Shown here: piece by piece, positions 22,401-33,119 of the stretch
Layout: every line of letters starts with the position of its first letter
How positions within the stretch are numbered: the stretch's first letter is position 1
DNA from: Azolla caroliniana
Lineage: Eukaryota; Plantae; Polypodiophyta
DNA length: 64,000 bases
Direction: 5' to 3'
Assembly (NCBI GenBank): GCA_043228905.1
Contig: JBHGNT010000005.1
Location: 8,804,001 to 8,868,000, forward strand
Program-made: the position numbers and the translations under genes
The notes under the pieces: model-generated
What the model was told of the DNA's origin: nothing
What the model saw: only the letters and a program-made list of their open reading frames with translations
The model's database searches: none

Positions 22401-24596
22401 CGATTTTCTCACTGTTGTCGAGAATCTTCACGGCAAAGGACGATCATCATCTTCGTGACCGGTGCAAACGTCTCATCGTAATTGATGTCGTGTTGCTACG
22501 CATAGCCCTTAGCCACTAACCAAGCTTTGTATCGGTTGACGGAGCCATCGGTGTTGTACTTTACCTTGTACACCCATCTGCACTCGATCGGCTTTACTCC
22601 CTTCAGAACATCAACCAAATCCCATGTTTCATTCTCCACGAGAGCATTCATCTCTTCCTCCATAGCAGCACGCCAATTTGCGTCCTTTGCTGCTTCTACT
22701 TAGCTCTTCGGCTCACGCACTTCCTCCACTTGTGTCATGTACGCATAGTGATGTGCCATGTAGTCGTTATATCTGTATCGAATTATGAGGTGCTTTTGGC
22801 GGGTATATCGACGCTATTTATGCTCTGTCGATCTGATGGCCCTCTTGGCCAACTCCGACCTCTTCTCCGAAGGTCCATCTTCAAGCTTTTCGGAGTTGGA
22901 TTCTCTTTTATCCGACTCTTCCTTGTCTATACCGTACTCTGGCATCTTCTTCTTTCCTTTCTCCTTGCGCGTATGCCGTCTCCTCAATTTCCAACACGGA
23001 GACAACATGGCAGAGTCTTCACTACTCACTGGCTCCTCATCCAATTGGTCATTCCGACCCGGTCTTTCATTCAGCCCGCTTAGCCGGAATGAGGTCAAAC
23101 TCTCTTCCAGAGCTCTAATTTCTTCTTCGTCCAAAGGCATTTCGGCCTCACTCACCTCGTCCTCAGAGATCATAATGGAGTTGTCAGGGGTTGGAGACGT
23201 GGGCAAGTACCATGACGCCGACTCGTCAAACACGACATCTCGACTGACCTGGACCTGTTTGGTTCAAGGGTTATAAGATTTATAACCATTCTGCTCGTCC
23301 GAGTAGTCGACAAGAATGCACTTCTCGACTTTCGCTTCTAGCTTCCTCTACTTCTCCTTCGTCACATGCACATAGCCAATGCTGCCAAACACCCTCGAGT
23401 CTCCCAAATTCGGTTTCTTCCCAAAATACAGCTCATGTGGTGACACTCCTCCAGATGTCTGATTCTGTAGGTAGACGGTCGTCCGAACCGCTTCATCCTA
23501 GTAAAACTTCGGCAGATGCTTCTCTTCAACCATACCCTGTGCCGCCTACTCTATCATCCGGTTCTTCTGCTCGGCCACACCGCTTTGCTCCGGTGTGTAT
23601 CTACATGAGAATTCTCGTCAAATTCCTTCCTTCTACAGATAACTCGAGAAGTGGTCGAAAAAATACTCTTCTCCGCCATTGGACCTTAGGAGTGCTTCTT
23701 CCAGCACTCACTCTCTCTATGGCCCTTCTTGCCACAATACCAACATTTTGTTTCTGCCTTTGCTTGCCGGTTTCCGGCGCCGCCTTGACTCCCCCTGCTC
23801 CCGGAGGATTTGGAACTATTGTTGGCATGATGATTATGGCATTGGTTTTGCACTTGTCGGCCGCCATCATTGTGTGCCGACCCACCTCGTCTACCACGGC
23901 CACGGTGTCGTGAAGAAAACCGTCCCCTGGCGTAATCGGTGAATAGCACACAGGAACCGGCCCTTCACGTGTGCTCGCTCTTAATGTATATAATAGAGAA
24001 TTAGGTACAGAGAGAGATCCGGGGTAGTTAGATTCGGTAGGTAGGAAGTAAATGAGGGAGACGGCTCCCCTCTTGACGCTATAAAGGAGAGGGAGACGCA
24101 AGGAGAGGGATAGCGCATTAGGGAGGACGAAGTGTTGTCGGATCGGGACCGAACGCTTCTCCTCTGTCTGTTCTATGTTTCCCTTCTCTGCAGGTTTCGG
24201 GAGGCTCGCGCTGCTTCGAGGAACGCCCGTGTGCTTCCGGCAGCACCTCCATCCTATTCCCATTTCGTGAATAGACGAAAAGGCATCGGCATCTGTCCGC
24301 TGGCCTGTTCGGTTGTAGCTGCTCGCGTGTTCTGTTGTGTACTCGTTATTTGTTAATATACAAACACTTGCTTCTTCCTGTCTCTGTGTCCATTCGCGTC
24401 TTCTGTGTTGACGGGCCACGCCCCTGTGTTTCTTCGCTCATACGTGACCGGGCGTCTCTCTCCTTCTCTTTCCCCTTCTATCACCTGCTCTTCGATTCAA
24501 GACCCCGGTGGTCCCGCCTTGTTTCTCCACGCACGCGCGTAACAACGCGACATCTTTGGTGAACCCGACGTGAAACAGGCGGCAGAGGAGCAGAAG

Positions 24597-26723
24597 ATGA
24601 GGGGGTCGGATCTTGTAGAGGCCATGGCTTCGGCCGTGGACCGGATAGTGAGCGCGCGCGAGGGCACCGGCGCCCTTGACAGGGCTATTGAGGCGATCGT
24701 CGGTACGATCGGCCGGTTCAGTGGAAAGGATGCCACGAGTTATTTGGCGTCCTACCGGGCGGAGATGTTGATGAGGGATATCCCGGAAGAGAGGCATCTT
24801 GCCGGATTCCCTTGAGTGGTGATGCCGGGCATCCATGTGGAGGTGCTCGAGATCCGAGCGGAGAGCCGGACCTGGGAAGAGTTCGAAGGAAGGCTCCTGG
24901 AGAAATATGGGCTGGATGACGCGCTTCGACTTACGAAGCGAAGCTTCATGGAATGGGTGGAGTCCCCCAACAAAGGAAGAAATGCGTCGGTACTCCTCCG
25001 GGAGTTTGAGGAACGCTTTGCGCGCCTTTCAGCGCTCGATCGGACTGTTCTGGACACAAGTCGTGTCCTACTGTTTGTGAAATCGGTTGACACACGGGAT
25101 CGGGGGCAAGTTGGCTCCTTACTGGAAACCGAAGACGGGTTGACGACCGACTGGGCCGCAGTAAAGAGAGTCTGCAACCGTTTTGACAAACGGTGGGAGT
25201 GGGCTGATGCAGAGGCGATCGGGGCGGGACCTGTCGCAGCAAGGAAGCTCGAACCGGTACCACAGGCACGAAGGGAAGAGACCCGGGAGTGGCTCGAAAC
25301 CGGTTCGTCTTCGACTGGCGTGATCAGAGGCTCGTCCGGGGGAACAGCTCTAGAGGAGTTGACACGAGCGGTAAAGGATCTCCAGATCGCCCAGGCTCAG
25401 AGGGAAGGCGGCGATCAGGCTCGTGACCGACAGCCTCCGGCAGGAAGTAGGTGCATGTGGTGCGACGAGGTCGGCCATATCCGGAAAGACTGCGGGGACT
25501 TTATGGAGGCTTTGAGAAGCCGGGTAGTGTACCTGTGGGAGGGTCTGGTGCACGCCAACGATACCCGGAGGGCCCTGCACCGAAACGACGGAAGAGGAGG
25601 AATGAAAAGGCTGATGGAAGAGGCGGCAGCCCGGCACGCAGAGACCGTCCACTACTCAGCGTCGGCCGGTATTCGGGTCGGGGGCAGCGGGGCCTGGAAG
25701 GAGAGCAAAGCCGAGTTCTGGCCGACGGTGCTAGAAGGCCTCGGTGGTGCCCAACTGAAGAGGGACGAGGCGGACCGCGCGGAGAAGCGGGTCCAGGAGG
25801 TAACCGGGTGGAGTGACCCGGTCGAAGAAAAGACGGGTTTCGTCGAAGCAGCTTGCCAGAACTACGAGGCTCTGGTTGAAGACAAACGGGTGGGTAGAAA
25901 CGGAGGAACCGGACCCTCACAGAGATACGAAACCCGATTCGGCCCGAAACGGAACGAGGTCGGTGAGTCCAGTGCCCGGGATAACCACAAGAAGGGCGGA
26001 TACCGGTTGGGCACGGAGATCGAAAGGACCACGGACCTACGAAAGGTCCTGGAAGAACGAATCCTCGACACCAAGGTGGAATTGTCGTTGCAAGAGGTGC
26101 TCGGGATAGCCAGGAAGGAGTTCCACGACTCCATCGTGGACTTAGTGAAGAGGAAGAGGCTGTCGACGGAGGTAGAACCGGAAAGGCCGGTGGAAGTGCG
26201 GACGGCGCACATAGAGGACATGGCGCTGGAAGACGAGTGGGCGGAGAGCCACTATACGAGGCCACACTGGGCCCGAGCGACCACGGAAACCCTGGTGAAA
26301 ATCGGAGATGTTCAGGAACCGGTGGTGGCACTGGTGGACCACGGTTCGGAAATAAACCTTATGTCCATGGATTTCTACAAAAAGGGGAAATGGCCAATCA
26401 ACACTAAGCACGGGTGGAAGATACGGGCGGCGACGCGCGCCACCGAGGAAATACACGGGGCCTGCCCAAACGTACGAGTCAAGATCGACGACGTCGAAAT
26501 AGACCAGCACCTCTTTGTGCAGGAAACGTCCTCGCACCCGGTCATTCTAGGGGAACCGTACATTACGGCGGCGCGAATGGAGACCAAGGTGCTGGACAAC
26601 GGGTCGGCTTACGCGAGGGTCAAGAGCCAAGACGGGCGTCATTCAGTCCAGTTCCTAACGGTACGACCCAACCACGAGCGAAACCGCGAGTCCCTCGGTG
26701 GCAAGAACCGAGAGGATTTTTAG
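24597..26723 (+). pseudogene. gag: Gypsy gag-protease with premature TGA at 24813-24815
   Basis: CMWCDEVGHIRKDC knuckle and protease motif LVDHGSEINLM. The paralogue at ~57160 has Trp at the stop position. Confidence 0.85.
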
Positions 26724-26832
26724 AGAGGGCTGCCAAGGCGTGGGGCCGTGACAGTCCGGACACTCCAGGAAAACCCCACAAATGTACGATAAAAGCGAAA
26801 CCAAAGAATCCTTGTACCATAAGTAGGAAGTT

Positions 26833-29800
26833 TTGTTTCTCCAACAACGGAGGGTGTACGATAGTCGATGTCTTGGTCGAGAAAAGACAAGGGCGGAAGA
26901 GCGACTTCGGGCGTGCGGAGTTCTCGGGCCCAGCGAGGAAATCAACGGAGCCGTGGAGGCGGTCTCCTTCGACGATACCTTGGGAATACTGCGAGAGGTG
27001 GTCGGAGAGGGCCTTAAAGAAGACCGGACGATACCGGTTTGTTCGGAAGAGATGTATGGAGTCATCGTGGACTTCAGTCGGGGGCTCGAGTCGGATCGGA
27101 CAGCCCGGGTAAACACGAAGTACAAGACTACGAACCAGAAGGTAAGGCCAGTCGCGGCACCCTTACAGGAGGGCAGCGAGTTACGAATCAAGGGGGTCGC
27201 GTCGGACCCCAGTTTACGTGATCCGGCCTGCATAGGACACACCTTCACCGACAGAACGCTACGGGAGCTCAAAATCGGTGGGGGCGGGTTCCTACTGCCG
27301 GCGGAAGAAGACCGGTTTCGGAGAATGCTCGGAAGGCATGGGAAAGCCTTCGCATTCTCGCCGGAAGAAATCGGGTGCGTAGACCCGACAGTCGTGAAGC
27401 CGATGGTGATATTCACGGTACCGCATGTACCATGGAATCTCAAACCAATTTCGGTACCCAGAGCTCACATCCCGGAGCTGATGGAGCTATTAAGGCAGAA
27501 AGTTGATATGGGCATCCTCGAACCGTCGAGTGCCCCGTACTCGAACCGGTGGTTTACTGTACCGAAGAAGAACGGGACGTTGCGCTTCATTCAAGACCTG
27601 CAACCGGTCAACAGAGTGACCATTCGGAACGCAGGAATCGGACCAACGATAGATGAGTTCGCGGAGGCCTTCGCCGGAAGGTCGATCTACTCGGTCGGTG
27701 ATCTGTACTCGGGGTACGATCAGTTCCAACTAGCCGTAGAGAGTAGAGACATTACGACGATGCGAACTCCTCTTGGCCTAGTGCGGATGTGCACCCTGCC
27801 GCAAGGAGGGACGAACTCGGTGGCCCACATGGTGAATGCGATGAACAAGGTGCTGAGAGATTGTATCCCGGACATCACCATGCCATTCTTGGATGACATC
27901 CCAATCGAGGGATGTCCGGTGGAGGAAAAGGACGAAATGATCGGACCGGACGGATACCGGAAATTCGTGGCAACACACATTGACGACTGCGAGAGGGTGC
28001 TGCAGAGGCTGGAGGATGCGAGGCTCACCTTCTCTGGGGAAAAATCGGCCTTCGAGCAATCAGAGATCATGGTCGTCGGACATCTATGCGGAGCGTATGG
28101 CCGGAAACCGTCTCCGGCTAAGGTGGAAGCCATCTCCGCTATGAAGCCCGACTGTAACTCGGTCACGGAGGTACAGAGGTTCTTGGGAGCATGCGCGTTC
28201 TACCACATATGGATCCCGCATTATGCCCACGTTGCCGAGCCGCTATACGGGTTGCTGAAAAAGGGGCGAAAATTCGAGTGGCGAGACGAGCATGCGGAGT
28301 CGGTCCGAAAGATGAAGGAAGCTCTTGCTGCAGCTCCGGCACTCCGGAAGGCTGTCTACGAGAAAGGCACTCCCATCTACATAACAGTAGATACGAGTCC
28401 GACCGGAATCGGATGGGTCGTCAACCAAGAAGATGAGGACGGCATTCGGTTCCCAATCCGGTTCGACGCGAAGGTCCTCAGTGAGCGACAGCAAGGATAC
28501 GCCCAGGTTAAACGCAAACTCTGGGGTATCGTTTCGGCGGTGAAGGCCGATAAAGACTATCTGGTTCGGACAGAGGTGATTATCGAGACGGACTGCCTGC
28601 CGATTCTCGGCATGGTTTCCGGATGCGCAACCCCGGACCTGGCAATGCTCAGGTGGATAGCGTACATCAAGTCCCTGGATCCGGAAATACGACACATTTC
28701 CGGGAAAGACAATGCCATGGCCGACATGCTTTCGAGGGCGCGATTCGACGACGAGGGTGGCATGGTTTCGGAGGACGAGGAAGTCGGCGTAGACTTCTTC
28801 GAGGCGGCTTACGTAACAACCGAGGGGGGAAGCACTCCGGCGCTTAACAATTTCAACGAGAGCAAGTACGATGGGGAGTGGCTACAGATTGGGGGATTCT
28901 TAAGGACAATGATGCCGGACGCATCGTGGACAAGGGACGAGGCCAACCGGATCCGGAAGAAAGCGTACCGGTTCTTTCTCCGGGACGGATTCTTGTGGAA
29001 GCACCCGAAGAAGAGGGACGGCATCCCGCTCCGGGTAGTGGCGATGAAGGAGGAACAGGAGGAATTGCTGAAAGCCTATCACGACAACCCCTGGGCTGGG
29101 CACCGTGGGACATGGGCCACGTTCGAGAAGCTGAAGGGGAAGTACTGGTGGCCAGGACTGTACCGGGACGTGCATCGGTTCGTGACAACTTGTGAGAGCT
29201 GTCAGATGCACTCCGTAATCCGACATCGGGACGAGCTTCACCCCACTTACCCTCCGGCCATCCACTTCAAATGGATGGTAGATTTGGTGACGATGCCGAT
29301 GGGCGTAGGGCAGATGCGATATCTGGTCCTGGCCCGGGAGGACCTGACGAACCAGGTGGAAGGCCGAGCCCTGCAGAACAAAACGACTGCGGCCGTGTGT
29401 CGGTTCCTGATCGAGGACGTGATATGCCGGTACGGGTGTGTCGGAAAGATCGTGGCTGACCGAGGGGAGTTGGACGCCGAAGAGGCCGAGGAGCTGTTCA
29501 ACCGGTAGAGCGTAGGCACGGGCCAATCGTCAAAGCGCTTGTCCGGGCATGCGGAGGCCAGGTCGGGAACTGGCCACGGTTGTTACCTTATGCCTTGTGG
29601 GCGGACCGGACAATGCACAGCTCGGTAACCGGGTTCATGCCGACAGAGCTCATGTTCGGACAGAAGCCGATCATGCCGATGGAACGGATGATCTCCTCTT
29701 GGGCGACAGTAGACTGGAGTGATGAAATGAGTCGGGAAGAACTGCTCGCGGCGCGTATACGGCAGCTCGAGCGGAGGCCAGAGGACGTGGAACGAGCGGC

Positions 29801-30098
29801 GTAGAGACTTTGGGCGGCGAGGATGAAGAACAAAGCCCGGTTCAACCGGACGCAGCGGCTCCGACCAAAGAAAATCGAGGAAGGCGATTGGGTGCTAGTC
29901 TACAATAGTAGCCTCGACAACCAGCACCGAGCAACACGGAAGTTTGCAAAGCGGTGGTTCGGGCCTTACGTGGTAACGGGTGCCAATGACAACGGGACGT
30001 ATCACCTGGCGGAACTCGACGGTGCGAGGATGGCGATACCAGTGGCGGAAAGCGGATCAAAGCATTCAAGATGCGCCACGACGGCGAACCGGATCTAA
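26833..30098 (+). pseudogene. pol: Gypsy pol (RT, RNase H, integrase); integrase disrupted by a deletion at ~29505 and stops
   Basis: PKKNGTLRFIQDLQPVN, DLYSGYDQ, PFLDD, VDTS, ETDC, and the HHCC finger H..GH...CESC. Deletion seen relative to the copy at 14575-14640. Confidence 0.9.
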
Positions 30099-32991
30099 GA
30101 GGCCTGGACAACGACGATGATCAGTCCGAGGCGGAGGACGAACCGATGGATGAGGAACCGGAACCCGGGCCGTTTTTCTCCAACCAAAACCCAATTCTGG
30201 CGCATACCGGTGGATGCGCGGTTAGGTGGGGGCGGATGTCGTGAAGAAAACCGTCCCCTGGCGTAATCGGTGAATAGCACACAGGAACCGGCCCTTCACG
30301 TGTGCTCGCTCTTAATGTATATAATAGAGAATTAGGTACAGAGAGAGATCCGGGGTAGCTAGATTCGGTAGGTAGGAAGTAAATGAGGGAGACGGCTCCC
30401 CTCTTGACGCTATAAAGGAGAGGGAGACGCAGGGAGAGGGATAGCGCATTAGGGAGGACGAAGTGCTGTCGGACCAGGACCGAACGCTTCTCCTCTGTCT
30501 GTTCTCTGTTGCCCTTCTCTGCAGGTTTCGGGAGGCTCGGGCTGCTTCGAGGAACGCCCGTGTGCTTCCGGCAGCACCTCCATCCTATTCCCATTTCGTG
30601 CTTAGACGAACAGGCACCAGCATCTGTCCGCCGGCCTGTTCGGTTGTAGCTGCTCGCGTGTTCTGTTGTGTACTCGTTATTTGTTAATATACAAACACTT
30701 GCTTCTTCCTGTCTCTGTGTCCATTCGCGTCTTCTGTGTTGACGGGCCACGCCCCTGTGTTTCTTCGCTCATACGTGACCGGGCGTCTCTCTCCTTCTCT
30801 TTCCCCTTCTATCACCTGCTCTTCAGTTCAAGACCCCGGTGGTCCCGCCTTGTTTCTCCACGCACGCGCATAACAACGCGACAATGGGTTCTATCCTCCT
30901 CTATGTACAACATTTGTTGTCAGTGTGCATGCTCATCGACGCATCTGTGTGGTTCTCTTCAATGAGAAGCATCGATTGCAACTCGAAGAATGATGGCGTA
31001 CTCTCCCTCGTGCAGACCGCCATCCGGAATGGTCCAAACTTAGATGCCAACCCACTGAGACAAACCTGCACCATTTCGTCCTTCTCGACATTCACGTTGA
31101 TGGAGGCGAGAGAGTCGTAGATATCTTTGATCCAAGAGGTGTAATCAGCCACCGACATGTCTCTTTGCCAGACGTTGTTCAGCTCCTGTCTGAGTTGTAG
31201 TTTTCTAGTTGTGGGGCTTGCAGCAAATATCTTCTTCAGATTTCCCCAAGCTTCCTTTGGCATCTTGGCGTCTCAGATATAGCTCAGTAGTTGATCACTG
31301 ACACCGGATGCGAAGCAGTAGAGAACTCTGCTTGCCGACTGTTCCCAAGCTGGAAAATCCCTTTGTGTTGAATCCGGTGTTGCATCATTTGTTCCTTCGA
31401 CATAACTCCAATACCTATGCCCTAACAGGTATTGGTGCATCGTGTATGACCAAGATGCATAGTTGCTCCTATCGAGCTTCTCCGTCGAAAGTGAGCTTCT
31501 CATTCCTCTTCTAATTTGTTCTTATCCAAAAGTTAGGGTTTGTCTGTGTTGAGAGCTCTTGTTGGCATCAGAGGATGTTCTAACCCTCGCGCTCTGATAC
31601 CATGTAAACATGAATATGCGGAAGCTAAACATATCACAACCAACTCAACCGGATAGCAACAAAAACCATAGAGAATGGAATACACAGAGTAGGTGAGAGA
31701 GAGACAGAGAGAGGGCAAGACAATAAACCTCTATTTCAAAAGGCTATGTAAAAATATGTACATACAAATGTGCTTTAGAGCGCTTTTTATACAAGTCCTT
31801 AAAAGGACTGGCAAAAGTACTGACAAGTACTTAAATGCTCGTACTGAGCTATGACACTAACTCCTAGAACCATAACTACCTAGTAGACTAGGAGTGTAGG
31901 CCTCCAACGGCCTACCGATTCGCACATGGCTCCGGCTCTCCAATCTGGACACATGGATCCGGCTCACCGATATGCCTCACCTTACCAGACACCGATCCGA
32001 CTCTTCGTTCCGGACATTGATCCAGACACCGATCTAGCGCTTGGCTTATTCAGTTGATTCGGATCATGTTGAGCTTGTTTGCTCAACAAACTTGTACCGT
32101 ATTATTCTATACACGAGGATAAAACTGTAAGGGCTAATCGAGGGTGTAAAGAAGGGAGGATTACTTTTAATCCTAGGAATTGAGACAACCCATAAGGTCC
32201 AAGTGTGAACTTGCCTGGGGGGCAACCTACCCTCATTAGTCACATCATTTGATTATGTCAAGATTTTAATCTTGTGCTGATCAGACTCTTGTAGCAAGTC
32301 CGCCAGTACCAGGTACCACCCAATGTCGTGGCAGTGGTATGGAACGTCGATCAAGGCTCGAGTTCATGTCGATCCACTCGTTCGACACCTTTCTTTCAAG
32401 TCTCTCTTTTCTTATCTATCTATCTTATATTTCCTTGTCTTATGCTTACATTAGGAATGATCTCTAATTCTTTTATATATATATATGTGAATTGTGATCA
32501 CATGTATACGTATGTGATCATATACATGTCATTGTTAACTCTTAGGGCCGGACAATGGCCTAACACAGGGTGTCTACGGAAGACACTTCACCAAAGGGGT
32601 GTTACGGCAAGAGGATTAGGCTCAACGATTAATCCGACTTAATTAGGTTACTTAGCAAGATCGTCCTTAATAATCACACGCGTAAGATATAACAATGAAT
32701 GCAGAACGGCAATTAACACAGAGAGATAAAAACACTAAGCTTTATTAATTATCCACTGCTCATTACATTGTATCCGGGCCTTTAAATAGGTTTCCGGTTC
32801 GTAGTACAAAACGGTGCCATCCGCACCTGTTCAGGATCGGTCCGGATCCGGAACGGCATACCGATTTCGGTCCGTCCGTCCACACTAATAGCTTACTTAC
32901 AACCATTCCTTAATAATTAAATAACTCCTTCGTTTCACACTCTGGACTCCTTTGCCGGCCGGTAACACATGGCACGCCCGTGGGACAGTAC

Positions 32992-33088
32992 CTTATACGT
33001 CGAATCCACCATCCGCCCCTTGCTATTCTTCGTTCAAAATATCCAGAATGCTTTGTTCAAGAGTCTCCACAGGTTCATCTGGAATTGG

Positions 33089-33119
<31 letters not shown>

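Larger units (their letters stand above)
17639..22434 (-). mobile_element. Non-autonomous (LARD-like) Gypsy derivative: 5' LTR 20111-22434 (with nested solo LTRs), internally deleted 3' LTR 17639-17920, no pol
   Basis: Shared LTR ends (17639-17868 ~ 20111-20341; ttctcac...gaatcttcac in both). tRNA-Trp-type PBS at 20091-20107 and PPT at 17921-17937, both as in the autonomous family. Confidence 0.75.
23906..30883 (+). mobile_element. Full-length Ty3/Gypsy LTR retrotransposon (non-chromovirus), 647-bp LTRs at 23906-24552 and 30237-30883
   Basis: Highly similar TG...CA LTRs. PBS tggtgaacccgacgtga at 24557-24573 (complementary to the plant tRNA-Trp 3' end). PPT at 30220-30236. 4-bp TSD ACGG/ATGG; removing it restores the host Copia gag frame. 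Confidence 0.95.
17160..32088 (-). mobile_element. Fragmented Copia element hosting nested insertions (5' LTR 31603-32088, tRNA-iMet PBS 31591-31602, gag 31503-30884 + 23905-23686, integrase/RT remnants 23650-22435 and 17638-17170)
   Basis: PBS tggtatcagagc on the minus strand. Gag EKLDRSNYASW and zinc knuckle CWYCGKKGHRESEC. RT motifs LKKSLYKLKQA and LYVDD. Many stops and deletions. Confidence 0.8.

Noticed and set aside
24752-29526. Numerous overlapping antisense or alternate-frame ORFs in GC-rich retroelement interiors (also 37180-39424 and 52713-56218)
   Set aside because: Shadow ORFs of gag/pol with no independent motifs.
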